Shown in pieces: positions 50,666 to 63,442 of a DNA stretch of 64,000 bases (position 1 is the first letter of the stretch; every line of letters begins with the position of its first letter). The translations under genes and the position numbers were made by a program. This stretch comes from Chiloscyllium plagiosum (lineage: Eukaryota), in assembly GCF_004010195.1 (NCBI RefSeq), contig NC_057754.1:1526823-1590822 (forward strand), given 5' to 3'. The notes under the pieces are model-generated. The model did not search any database and was not told the DNA's origin. It saw only the letters and a list, made by a program, of their open reading frames with translations.

Positions 50666-51799
50666 ACTGTTAATAGATATTGATATTCTACCAGAATCTC
50701 CAGATCAGTAATGCAGCAAGAGGTTGAATTCCACTCCCACCCACCTTCAGGAGTGATGAACCACATGTCTAAGTGATTTGGTTCTGGCATTGCCGACGAC
50801 CTTGAAGTGTAGATCACCTAATTCTTCTAGTTTAAACTGGTATTTGACATCCTGTGTGGTGAGGCACAGAATCCTATGTGGGAAAAGAGGAGACAGAAAC
50901 AGTTGATAATATCAACCATACAACTGTGTAACAGACTATATTCATGCTCCAGAGTGACAGGCAGTAGGCTTTTGTGAAAATTTTTTTTTTTAGCAATACA
51001 ATACTAACTTGCATGTATATAGTGCTTTTAATGTCAAAAACCATCCCAGGGCATTTCAATAGAGGTTTATTGATTCATGCAGAAGAGGTCCTTTGGCCCT
51101 TGAGTCTGCACTTTATAAGAACTACTCAAAATCTACATTAGTCCCACTTTCCAGCACTTTGCCCATAGCTTTGAATATTATGACATTTCACATCCAGTAC
51201 TTTTTAAAGGTTATGAAGTTTCCTACCTTAGCAACCCTTTCAGGTAGTGCAATTCCAGATTCCCACCTGGATTCTCAAATCCTTTCTAAATCTCCTACCT
51301 TCCACCTTAAAATGATGTCACCTTGTCATTGACCCTTTGTTTAAGAGGAACAGCTGCTTTAATCCACCTTTTACATTCCCCTCATAATCTCCATACACCT
51401 TCATCAGGTCACCTCTCAACCTTCTTTGCTCAAAAGGAAAAGCCTGAGTTTAGCCAGCATCATTGATCAGACAGAAATTGACATGGAGCCATGTAGAAGA
51501 TATGAGGACAACCTGGTCAAAGATATGTTTTAAGAATGAGAGAGGTGAAGTGTCTGGAATAAGGTTACGAGGGATGAGTTAGCAAGCAGAATTGAAGGAC
51601 CATAGATTTTGGAGGATTGTAAGGTTGTTAGATGTATCAGAGCTGAGGATTGGCTAAACCACAGTGCAATTTCTTCACAAAGTTATGAATTTTAATTTTG
51701 AGTCTGAACCTAGACCAAACATAGGTGTGATGAGTGAACAAGTTGATCTTTAAGGGTACCAGGGCAATGTTGCTGGACAGAGGAGCCATTGCAGCAGAT

Positions 51800-52575
51800 T
51801 CTCTGACAGGACAGAGAAGGTCATAGAAGACAGAGGGAAGTTGTGGAGAGGTGATTTTCTGACTGGAGGTCTGTGATCAGTGGTGTTCTCCAAGGACCAA
51901 TTCTGGGATCTCTGTTGTTTTGTAATAAAAATAAATGGCTTGGATGAAATTGTAGGTGGTCTGATTAGTAAGCCTGCAGATGACATTAAAATTGTTGGAG
52001 TTGTGGATTGTGAGGAAGTTTGTCAAGGGATACAGCAAGATATTGGTCAGTTGGGAAGTTGGGTGGAGAAATGGCAAATGGAGTTTAATCTGGACAAGTG
52101 TGAGGTGATGCATTTTGCAAGAGCAAATGCAAGACAGAGGTATACAGTTAATGGTAGGACTATGAGAAATATTGAGAAACAGAGGGATCTTGGGATGCAA
52201 GTCCATAGCTCCCTGAAAGTGACCTCACAAGTGGATATCGTGGTAAAGAAGGTGTATAGCATGCATGCCTTCATCAGTAGGGGCATTGAGTATGAAAATT
52301 GGCAAGTCGCATAGCAGTCATTTAAACTTTAAAATGGGAGAGGGTACAATTTTAAAGGAGATGTGTGAGGCAAGTTTTTCACACTAGAACATGTTGCCAG
52401 GGAGGTCATAGAAGCAGATGCAATAGAAACGTTTGAGAGGCATTTGCAGGCAAGGAATAGAGAAATGTGGACCTTATGCAGGCAGATGGGATTGGTTTAG
52501 AATGGCATCACGGTCGGTGTAAACATACTGGGGTGAAGAGCCTGTTCTTGTGCTGTACTGTTCTATGTTCTATAT
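51800..52575 (+). mobile_element. Degraded CR1 LINE
   Basis: ISK.ADDIKIVGVVD..WQMEFNLDKCEVMHF and tail. Another minus-strand tail lies at about 51075-51460. Confidence 0.85.
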
Positions 52576-52929
52576 TCTCCGGAGCCAGGAAAGGGCTGTT
52601 GGATTATAGTAGAGGAAGATGGTGCTGTCAATTGTGTCAAAAACTCCAGTCAGGTTGAGAGGAACATAGAACATTATAGCGCAGTACAGGCCCTTCGGCC
52701 CTCGATGTTGCGCTGAATAAGGAGGAATAATGCACCGCACTCAAAGTCACAGAAGATGTCATTCTAGACTTTGAGGCCCATTTCAATACATGGTAGTGTA
52801 GAAACTTGATTGGAAAGTTTTAAGGAAAGGGTAGTGAGAGAGATGGGTACAGATTTGGCAAGCAATTACATATTTCAAGATTCAGACAGGAAAAGGTGGT
52901 AGACTGCAAAGACAGAGAAGTCTGTAGCA

Positions 52930-53237
52930 GTTCATAGAATCCTGACATTTGGCCCATTGAATCACACTGAATCATCCCAACCAGACCCAACCCCCTGCAA
53001 TCCTGCATTTTCCACAGACACGATCCCACAATATGCCAAGCCTGCACATCCTAGTACACTATCAGCAATTTAGCGTGGCCAATTCACCTAACCTGCACAT
53101 GTTTGGACTGTGGGAGGACATCCATGCTGACACAGGGAGTATATGCAAGCTCCACATAGACAGTAGCAAGAGGCTGTAATTGAACCCGAGCCCCTGATAC
53201 TATGAGGCAGCAGCGCTAACCACTGAGATGCCGTGTC
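52930..53237 (-). mobile_element. HE1-like SINE, diverged
   Basis: Homologous to 8051-8364 (gtggccaattcacctaacctgcaca..ttggactgtgggagga). Confidence 0.8.
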
Positions 53238-56200
53238 ACTTACGGTGTGATATTTGAAGGGGGGGATTAATTATAGCAGATATGTTAGTCGAAATGCAGT
53301 TGTAGGAAGACAGTTGCATTTAAAAAGCATCTTTAATGTTACCCCAAGTGATGGATAAGATACCACATTTTACCCTTTGACATGTCATAAATGTTGCCTT
53401 TATAGATAGAGCTTGGGAGCAAATCCAAATTATCCTGGTCAAAGGAAGGTTGGGTAAACTTGGGAGAAAAATGTAAGTTATTGATGGCAGTCGTCATTGA
53501 GTCTTTAATTTTTAAATTTTATTTTGAAGAGAACAAGGAATTTTCACATTTAATGTACAAGAAAAAGTCAGCCTTTCAGTCTGAATATACACTTAACATT
53601 GAAATTTCAAGGCACCTATACAAAGAGGCCAAAGGGCTTCACAATGCACTTTGGTTTTATTTTCTGAAAATCTTGTTTCTGTGGAGTAATTCTCGTGATT
53701 AAAAACACAGCAAGCCAATCCAAAACAAAACAACATACACAAAATTAAAGAAAAAAGAGTGACTATCTTTTTTTTGTAGTGGCTATTGGAACTTAACTAA
53801 TTAACCCACTCCCCTTGATTCATTGTGTGTGTAAAACACAATCATTCACGTTATGCAACAGATATCAGAGCTGATACCAATAATTTACCTCTGAAAGCTG
53901 GCTTTTCATAGGAAGTGAGTGTTTTCTGATTAAAACGTTTCTATTCCTGCATACCCAGTGTTTGCCGCCATGTTCTATGAAGTTAATTTTATATGTGTTC
54001 ACTTTGTCTCTCAGACTCCACTCTCAAATTTGAACAGACCATTTACAGTAATGGAGATAGGTCATATGTTTTCTGACTTTTGGGCAACTGTGATATTTAG
54101 CGTACAGCATCTTTTATCTAATTTTAGAAAGAAATTCCCTTGTCAATTCTCTGGCAAGATGGCCAGAACATCCAAAGTGTCGTAAATAGCACTCTGCAGT
54201 GATGTGACCCAGATTTTGTGGATGTAACAATCGCAAAGCCATCAGCGTTTACTGTCAATATTGCTTTGTAACTGATAATAACTTCTGGCTTCCACACATG
54301 TTGTTGAACTTGAAAATGCAGAGGTTGTGGTCAGTGATTTCCTGCCATACCAGAATGTGGAAATTGAAAATTTTCAACATTTAAGGTTCTTACAAATGGA
54401 AATCCTCTGAAGCACTTGGTCTGATGTGAGCTTCCACTTTTGTTGATGTGAGTTACTTATGTTATTAGACACATTGTAAAAATCTTTAAAAATGTTATGC
54501 TTTTCTGAATGTGTTTCAATTTTGATTTTAACAACGGACTAAGTTCATATTTACTTCTGAACAACATCTCTGGCTCTGAAACACTCATTTTATATTTGTG
54601 GAAGGTGAGATTTGTCTAACGTAATAACTCCTATAGGTTTTTAGAAAATAAGATTTTTAATTTTTAAAATTTTGTTTGATATTTCAGTTGCTATGTTAAT
54701 CCCATATGTATACCCCAATTTTATTTGGTTTTCTGTAAAATGATTTTAAAATGAAGGATAATCAGGGTTTTTTTATTTTTCCGGTTTGCTGTCTGTGAGA
54801 ATTCTGCAATGTGATTGGTTGATTAATCTGCTGGATGTCTTCTTTGCTGAGAGTTGAAAATTCTCTTGAATTGATGCTGGAATCAAAATAGTCCTATGGA
54901 AAGAGGAAATTGAGGATATAGAGATTTTTGGTCAGGATTAAATTCTGTTGCTTTGCCGTGGAGTGCAAAATCTCGGCCTTTATTGTTTCCTCAATCACCT
55001 GTGCTTTTCAGGCGGTGGTCATGGCTTCTTTAGATTCTCATTCAACTGTGCTGCCATCTACATCAGAGGTAAAAGTGATTGGACTCAACATTAACTCTGT
55101 ACTTCTCTCCATAGATGCTGCCAGAGCTGCTGAGTTTCTCCATCATTCACAGCTTTTACACCAGAGGCATATTAGGCTGTATAGCACATGACACCAATGG
55201 AGAGTATGTTTAATTTGATGAGCAGGTAGTTGAATGCATTTTTCACATGACAGAGAGTACCATATTCATGTTTTTGATCTAATTTAAATGGTACTTTTAA
55301 GGTTCTGAAGTAATTGCTTAGTTTAGGATTGAGAGGAAAATATAATTATTTTCACTGTAATTAAGGAAATGTTAGAGCAAAGAATACTTTTCATGTTGGG
55401 GAAACAAATAAATGTTGGTGAGCACCAAACAATTTTTAATTCCAAATATAAAGCTTGTCGTTTTTATGTGTGAATTATTTATTTGTTTTATGTCACTTCA
55501 GGTTTGATAGTCCAGAGTTCATGTGAAGTTAGTGTTATTCATTTTCAAGCAATTGAATCCAAGACAACGTTATTGTTAGTAGGTGACCTCCTCGATGGTA
55601 ATATAACTGATGTAGAGGGGAATGTGATTCCTGATACTTATTGCATTCCTCAACTGTACTTTCATGGCTGAGGAGATGGGATTTACTATATCTTGTGGGG
55701 AAAAAACTTATACATTCCTGTTTGGAGGTCAGCATAGCAACACTATTTCAAAATGCACAGGTCTATTGTCATCACCAGTGTTCAGAGAGTAAGATTGCTC
55801 TTAACCTTCAGCCTTTCAAGTGCTTTCGGAACACAATGAAGAAACAAAGAAAAAGGCGATGCTTTCAGATCAAGAAATGGCCTTAAGAGGCAAGTAATCA
55901 GATGAGGATGAACTGTCTTTTCCTTATCATTGGAAGAGAAGGGGACACTTCTGAGAATGACAGAATTACCATTGTGGTTTGAGCAAAATATATAAATGTT
56001 TGTGCAAGTAGATAAATGTTTGTAATTCCTTCATATTGTAATGCTTTATTGATAATATAAGAAAATTGAAAGGAATGTATTTTGGACAAGGTGTAGTAGT
56101 CAGATTGCTGGGTATGGCTACTCCTCAAGGGCAGTTATGGATGAGGAATAAATGATATTCACATGCTATGAAATAATAAGAAAAACAGGTAGATGTTCAA

Positions 56201-56719
56201 TTGACATGTCAAAGCTCAAATGTACTGTGCTGCAGAGTGTTTCAACATACCTTGCATTCCTGGCTTGGTTGTGCTGCCCATTTGGCTGCTAGGTAGATGG
56301 TGTGTATCACCCTGTTAGGAAAGGAAGATTGGAATCGAGAATCATACTATGCAGCACATACCTGGTTAGGGGATGTGCTGAGAAATAAATTATCTGTTGA
56401 ACTTGAGAGTGCAAAATTCTGTATTGCATTGGAGGAAATAAAGAGGGGTAACTGTCAAGTCAACCAAATCAAGTACATATGCAAGTGAGTTTAGTTCCAC
56501 CTGCTTTGAGATCTGTAGTTTTTAAGTTCAAATTCCTCATGTAAACAGAAATTCAATAAAATATTTAATGGGAGTCTTTTTTGCTGAGTCAGGTGCTGTT
56601 TTGTCTGCACCAAGTACCTTCAGTTAACTGCTCCAGGTGTTCCATGTCTCAAACTGGACAGAAGTGGCAATCTGAGGCACATGGTCAGTACATACTTTTT
56701 CTGTAATAGAACCAGCGTG

Positions 56720-59520
56720 GGAATACATTAACTTCCACAGTTTATTAAACTCACGTATAAACATAGGGCATTGAGGTGTAACATTTATTTTCCATTTATT
56801 TAACTACTGTGGCATTAGATGTTGAGATTATCACAATTACTGAGTGATAGAATGAACTGAAAGGTGGGTGAGATTATAATGGTAGATGCTATTTATGGTC
56901 CTTCAATTTTCTTGTATTAGTACTAAAGAATTATAAAGGAAGTATCTTTGTAATATCTTTGTAGTGAGCTGCACAGTATTTTAAGAGATTGTCTTTATGG
57001 AAACTATTACTGCATACATAAGGTCTAGGTTGCTGCGTGCTCATCAACGCTAGTAAAATTGGTGCAGGTTATTGTTTGCACTTGGCTGTTCGGTGTTGTT
57101 TGTAAATCAGACCACTGGAAGCATCTGTTGGGTTTTCTGATTGGTCAGGTGATGTTGTAAAGATTCTTGCTCTTGTTTGTATCATTTTAAAAAATGTATT
57201 TTATCACGAGGTGCACTACCAGTTTAAAGTTGTAAGTTCACATCCTTCTCAAATATTGGTGCTGAGAATCAAAAATCAGGATTTTATTTCATGTACTATT
57301 GGTGATGTTAGGTATTGAGACAAATAGGTTATAAAATATTCTCTTAATTGTCTTTTTGCAAAATGCGCCTTAAAAGTGTTTTCATTTAAGGTTTTATTAT
57401 CCTTTTCCCTATTCTTGGATACTCAAATAAAACAGGTCTGTATATGTTAATATAAGTGTAATATTCTTGTAACTTGGGAGGTTCTTTTGTCTAGACCAAA
57501 TGGCAATACACAGTGGTTTAGACAGAAGAGTGTAAATCTATCATGTATATCATTGTCCAAATAGTTAACTGCACAACATTCAATTTACATAAAATAAATG
57601 GATATTGCATCTTGACGCATTCTCAGCAATCTGGTGCTACATTACAGTCTGCCTTATTAATTCTAATTTTGAAAGGAATTTAAAAGTAATGGGGTGGGAT
57701 TGGGAGATAGGCAGTGCGGGGAAGCTGCCATTATTTTCAAAATGTTTTGATATCAAAATAAATCAATATTCTTCATAGTTATTTAAAGTAAATGAAGGTT
57801 GGCAAATGATAGTATAAGGTTAGATCATTACAATAACACAATCATAAGTATGGAAATATTATTTCTCATTTCCAATATTTAGGGGTCATACAAGCATTGG
57901 AACATTTAATATCTTAAGACTGATTTATTTAAAAGATCAAATGTAACCTTATAAACACAATTTTAAAGAATATTTACAGGAAAGCCATGAGCTGATTTCT
58001 TGGTTACTGTCCAACCAGGTTATGGATGTGTCAGGTAGAATGGCGAAGGGTTTGAGATTCTTCAATCAAATATTCAGAAAAGACCATCAATAATATTCAA
58101 CAATCAAGTTGAAAGCCTATTGGAAGGCAGGATAGGGAACTGTCAATGTAGTCTGTGCAAATGTCTCAGAAGGAAATTTCAGTAAGGAAGAACTCCATTT
58201 TTAGATCGTCTCCAGTGTCACCTCTCATCCTATGCAAAGAAATCTAAAGTCTGCCCTTAAAATGAAGATCACGGGTCTTCAGATCTTAGGTTGGAACACT
58301 GTTACCCTCAGTAACTTGAGAGCTTTTTTTCATTGAACGTATAACCCTTTCGCACCCATCCCGTTTTAAGGGTGCCTTTTTCACAGTGTTCTGTGTAACT
58401 TCTTATTTATTAATCTTTGAGCACTTAATTTTCATTGTCACTTTTGAAATTGTGTTGTTCCTTCAGAAGAGATAAACTGTAATTTTTTTTGCACAATGTA
58501 TTATAAAATTGAAAGCAGGGCACTCCACTCATAACCAATGCATTTTTAGCTCTATCTTGACCACATGAAATTCAACAGCACATAAATTTTTAAAAACATT
58601 TTGAGTAAAGGGGAAATATGAAAACCAAGAACAACTGAGATTCACAGTGTTGTTCGAATAAAATTTGTCATCCTCAAAGTGTTAAAATAAGGAAAAAAAT
58701 TAACAGTGTTACTGGCCAGATAACTACAAGACATCCATTTTTGGCCTGGCATTTAAGGACAAGAAATTTGTCATTTAGATACACACTGTTTTTAACCAGA
58801 GGCAAAAGTCTAGCTCAATACTTAAAAAAAAAGTTTTCAGAAAGTTATCTTAAAAAATAACTATGAAAGTTCATCTCTTCTTCCAATTAAGATAAAGTCC
58901 AAAACCAACACCATTAAAGAACTAAATATTTAAAACTATTTTTCTCTTTTTGAAAATATTGTAGAAGAATAAAAAAATAAACAAACATCAACAGATAGTT
59001 CTGATAGAAGTAGAGGGGTAAAGCCTTAACTCTTGTACAAGAAAACAGCACTATGTGTACACACAGAACACATGAGTGAATATGTGTATGTGTGTGTGCT
59101 GAGACTTTGTTTGACTGTACAGTATAAATCTACAAGGTGGTGGGTGTGGGTAAACATCATTGCTTAGGAATACTTCTCCAAGATGTTTCCCTGTGACATA
59201 ATGTAAAGGATTTTATCTTTAGGCTGCCTTAGGACTGCACTTCCAAAGTATGTTGTTCATTCTTTATCCCACTTATAACCAAAATGCGAAAAGAAAAACT
59301 GGCTTGTACACAATTAGGTAGCTGTGTTTTCTTTCTAAGTGTCCAGCTTTTTTTTAAATCACTTAAGCATATTAAATATAAATTATGTGACAAATGTACA
59401 AAATATGTGCCGGACATTTTCTGCTGAACATGGTGTGTTTTACCCCTAACATTTTTTATTTTTATAATATCTTTCGTTTGCAGTGCATGGAGATGATCAC
59501 ATGATGAGGCAACACTGCAA
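56720..59520 (-). other. FLRT1: Probable long 3'UTR of FLRT1
   Basis: AT-rich and repeat-free. Cluster of three minus-strand AATAAA at 56741-56746, 56784-56789 and 56795-56800, with more proximal signals at 57393, 57924, 58406 and 59455. The end point is inferred. Confidence 0.5.
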
Positions 59521-61467
59521 TCACGTGTAAGAATATTCAGCATCTGGTATCCCACCGTCTCTGTAACCTCGGTTACTGCTGAGGGCTGTACTATGAGTGT
59601 TCTTGTAAAGACTTGTCCCATTGGATGGAAATATGGTGTGAATCACATATTCCTCCTTTGATCGCTGTTGATTATTGAGTGGAATCATTTGAAAGCCACT
59701 CCCTCTGATTTCTAAAATGGAATTATCTTTCTTTGTCCCTGCTTCTGCGTAATCATCTTTTTTTCTGCAACCTCTATTGTACACCTGATCATGTGAAAAA
59801 ACATTCCTGTTGTTATTAATGTAGCAGCATATTGCAGCAAGGACAACAACAATGAACACTAAGGCTGTTGCACCTCCAATAATACCAGCTAAAGGAAGAC
59901 CTACTTGGTCCGATTCCCCTTGTTCCCTGTTTAACGTTGTGGTGGGACTGTATAAGTCTGCAGTTTCTGCTTTAGCACATACTGGTGTTTCATCTCTCAC
60001 ATAGAAGTTGTTAGCTTCCATTGTAACCATGCATATGATGTAGGTTGACTTGGGTTCAAGGGCCGTGAGAAGATATTCAGTCTTGTCTCCTTGTACCAAG
60101 GTTTCAGTGATGGAACCCACTGATGGATTATGGTCGAGTCTGAGCCAACTGAGTCTGAAGGATGTGACTGGTAACATTGCCCTCCATGTGATACGAATAC
60201 TGTCCGCAGTTAAAGGCATCACATTAATGATTATTGGTTTTGTTTCTGACCCTCTTGACAAAGGATAATCCACAGCTGAATCTGGTAGCTTCAGATTTGG
60301 TCGCCTCGGTTTGTAAGTGAATTGCAGTCCTTGAGTGACAGTAGCTGTATGAACAATTGGAGTTGGTTTCAGAGCTGTGTTGCCGCCATGCAAGCTGTTC
60401 TCAAAGCACTCATCCATTTCTGACTTGATATCTTTGACTGCCATTCCTCGGACTTTATCAGGCCCTTGGCACATTAGCCCTCGCACATTGATGTGAAATG
60501 CGGTTGTTTGTAACCAGTCTCTGAGCCACATCATTTTGCAGCCACAATACCAGGGGTTGTTACGCAAAAGTAGCTGACTCAAGTTTGCTAGGTCGTCAAA
60601 GACTCCTTTTGGCAAAGTTGTTAAGTTGTTGTTGGATATATCCAGCCGCTGTATCTGTCTCATTTTCGAAAAAGCATTGGCTGGAATGTAACTAATGAGG
60701 TTATCCTGAAGGTACAGCTTTTGTAAGTTTGAAACAGGCAGATTTCGTGGTGGAAAAATTAGAGAATTTCTGATCAATGAAAGTTCAGTCAGGTTTTGAA
60801 GTCTGCTGAAAGTCTCATCTGCGATTCTTTGATTAGCTAAAAGATTACCATCCAGCACTAGGCGTCTTAAGCTGACCAAACCTTTGAAAGCATAGTGTGG
60901 GATGGTTGCAATCCGGTTGTCATCGAGCCTCAGTTCCTCCAGTGTTTTAGGAAGGCCAGTGGGAATGCTGCTTAGATGGTTCCTGGACAAAAAGAGCAGT
61001 TTGAGATGCTTACTATTAGCAAAAGCATGTTCCTCAATGCTGACTGTTGACACTGAGTTATCATCCAAATGTAACTTCTCCAACAAAGGAATCCTTGAAA
61101 GTGCATCATGTGTGATGGCCCTAATGTTATTGTCTTGAAGATGCAGCTCTCTCAGAGATCGGGGAAGGTTTATAGGGAACTCATCCAAAGCATTTTCGTA
61201 AAGGTAAATCACTTTTATATTCAACAGATACTTCAATTGACTGGGGATCCCAGCATTATTAATCTGATTATTTTGTAAGAAAAGAGTTGTAGAATCTTCC
61301 GGTATTTTGGCAGGAATGGATGTCAAACCTCTATCGTTGCAGTAGACAAAACCATTGTCACATCGACACAGAGCAGGACAAGTAGACATGACACGTGGCA
61401 TCAAAAGTGCTGGCATGATGACCCAGAGCAACACACTTTCTTTGATACCCATTGTTTGTAGCGACAT
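59521..61467 (-). CDS. FLRT1: Fibronectin leucine-rich transmembrane protein 1, single coding exon, 648 aa
   Basis: Signal peptide, [31 protein letters not shown] array, LRRCT NPWYCGC, FN3, [30 protein letters not shown] and tail [10 protein letters not shown]...[11 protein letters not shown]. Paralogue-diagnostic stretches ([23 protein letters not shown]) fit FLRT1. Confidence 0.96.
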   Translation of the reverse strand: MSLQTMGIKESVLLWVIMPALLMPRVMSTCPALCRCDNGFVYCNDRGLTSIPAKIPEDSTTLFLQNNQINNAGIPSQLKYLLNIKVIYLYENALDEFPINLPRSLRELHLQDNNIRAITHDALSRIPLLEKLHLDDNSVSTVSIEEHAFANSKHLKLLFLSRNHLSSIPTGLPKTLEELRLDDNRIATIPHYAFKGLVSLRRLVLDGNLLANQRIADETFSRLQNLTELSLIRNSLIFPPRNLPVSNLQKLYLQDNLISYIPANAFSKMRQIQRLDISNNNLTTLPKGVFDDLANLSQLLLRNNPWYCGCKMMWLRDWLQTTAFHINVRGLMCQGPDKVRGMAVKDIKSEMDECFENSLHGGNTALKPTPIVHTATVTQGLQFTYKPRRPNLKLPDSAVDYPLSRGSETKPIIINVMPLTADSIRITWRAMLPVTSFRLSWLRLDHNPSVGSITETLVQGDKTEYLLTALEPKSTYIICMVTMEANNFYVRDETPVCAKAETADLYSPTTTLNREQGESDQVGLPLAGIIGGATALVFIVVVLAAICCYINNNRNVFSHDQVYNRGCRKKDDYAEAGTKKDNSILEIRGSGFQMIPLNNQQRSKEEYVIHTIFPSNGTSLYKNTHSTALSSNRGYRDGGIPDAEYSYT

Positions 61468-61550
61468 TTGGAGGTAATATTATTTGTTGTTTATCTTTTC
61501 CTCCACTTAGTGTGACCTGTCATGGGGAGAAAGTACAAGTATACATTAGA
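61468..61550 (-). promoter_or_regulatory. FLRT1: Splice acceptor and 49-nt 5'UTR part of the FLRT1 coding exon
   Basis: Minus strand ttCTAATg (branch-like, about 61545-61550)...ctttctccccatgacAG| with the exon starting at 61516. Upstream non-coding exons were not identified. Confidence 0.7.
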
Positions 61551-62385
61551 AATGTATCTTTTCTTGCCTCCCCTCCCCATTTCTTCCTGTCCCATACAAC
61601 AGACTCCAAACAAGAGAGCAGATTGGTCATTTCAATGGCCACTTCCAGCAGCTGGGGGCATGGTGGCCATTTTATCACCTGAGCACCAAATGACCTTGCC
61701 TATGTCAACCAACCATCTCAGAAGGCCTTCTTAAAAGGGCAGCCAACTACACACTTGCAGTTTCCCCCAACATCAGAGGCCCTTGAAAATGTAAAAAAAT
61801 CAATTAGTGGCAACAAAGACCTCTCTTTCCCTGTGATATTTTGAACTATTTATTGCTTCATATTAGTTGATGGAGCAGCACAACTGGCAGTGTAAACCAG
61901 AAGGAACAGTGCCTGTTTGGTATTATTCTTCTGGAACTTGAGTCGTAACATGAAAATGTTATAAAAGTAATATTAAAAATAATACATCTCATGAATTCAC
62001 ATCCAAAAACTAATATGCCAAAAAGAGTAATGATAAAACTAATTTTATCTGGCAATAGCTTAACTCTATAAAATATGACATGCAATTAAAAGAAAGCTGA
62101 AAGTTTATTAGAATTTCTGAGCGTTCCTTGGTGGACTCATTCTAAGAAATAGGAAGGTTTGAAATATTGTTAGGCAAAGATGAAAAAAAAGACCAAATGT
62201 CATTTATGATTATAAAATGGACCATTTATATTATTAATTGGGAAGTAACATTTGTGCCTCACCAATACCTAGCAATGCTCATCTCATGCAAAATAGAGTC
62301 TTAACTACATTCCCTTGATATTCAAACATATTACCATTGCTGAATCTCTCACCATCCTGGAAGGTATCATTTACCAGAAATTTAA

Positions 62386-63045
62386 TGGGGAGAAAGTGAG
62401 GACTGCAGATGCTGGAGACAGAGTCAAGAGTGGGGTGCTGGAAAAGCAAAGCAGGTCAGGCAGTATCCGAGGAGCAGGCAAATCAACATTTCGGGCAAGA
62501 GCTCTTCATTAGGAATGAGGCTTGTGAGGCCGAGAGGGTGGAGAGATAAATGAGAGGGGGGTGTGGGTAGCTGAGAGTGCAATAGGTAGATGGAGGTGGG
62601 GATAATGGTGATAGGTCAGAGAGGAGGGTGGAGCGGATAGGTGGGAAGGATGATGGACAGGTAGGACAGGTCATGAGGGCGGTGCCGAGTTGGAAGGTTG
62701 GAACTGGGATAAGGTGGGGGGGGTGGGGATATGAGGAAACTGGTGAAATCCACATTGATGCCATGTGGTTGGAGGGTCCCAATGCAGAAAATGAGACGTT
62801 CTTCCTCCAGGTGTCCGGTGGTGAGGGAGTGCCAATAGAAGAGGCCCAGGACTTGCATGTCCTTGATGGAGTGGGAAGGGGAGTTGAAGTGTTCGGCCAT
62901 GGGGCGGTGGAGTTGGTTGGTGCAGGTGCCCCAGAGACATTCTCTGAAGCCCTCTGCAAGTAGACATCCTGTCTCCCCAATGTAGAGGAGACCGCATTGG
63001 GAGCAACGTATACAGTAAATGACGTGGAAGTGCAGGTAATTTACT
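62386..63045 (-). mobile_element. Penelope-like element (GIY-YIG remnant plus terminal repeat) inserted into an older LINE
   Basis: VIYCIRCSQCGLLYIGETG..AEHFNSPSHSIKDMQVLGL..EEERLIFCIGTLQPHGINVDF. Decayed hammerhead at about 62485-62512. Confidence 0.88.
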
Positions 63046-63225
63046 GGACCAACTCCACAAATACTATGATTACAAGAGCAGATTAGAGGCTGAGAATTTG
63101 GGTGTGATTCTCTAGAGCCTGACCAACATTTTCAAGGCATACTTTCCACTTGCCTAGATGAGCAGTTCCAGCAACATTGAAGAAGCTCAACAGCATCCAG
63201 GACAAAGCAGTCCTCTTGCTTGGCA

Positions 63226-63370
63226 CCAGTTTTGAGGAAGGATCACTTGATCCAAAACGTTAACCCTGATTTCTCTCCACAGACGCTGCCAGTTCTGTTA
63301 AGTTTTTGCAGCAATTTCTGGATTTTTGTTTCTGATTTACAGCATCTGCAGTTCTTTCTTTTTTTTAATC
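63226..63370 (+). mobile_element. PLE-derived short insert headed by a decayed hammerhead
   Basis: agtt-tTGAGGA-a-ggatca ct tgatcc-aAAACGTT-aac. Same family as 45430-45527. Confidence 0.65.
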
Positions 63371-63442
63371 AACTTAGTAAACCTCCTCTGAACTGTCTAC
63401 AACACATTTACATTCTATCTTAAGAAGACCAAACTGCACACG

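Noticed and set aside
59229..59621. 130-aa minus-strand ORF overlapping the FLRT1 stop in another frame
   Set aside because: No recognisable domain. It lies in the CDS end and 3'UTR and is likely incidental.
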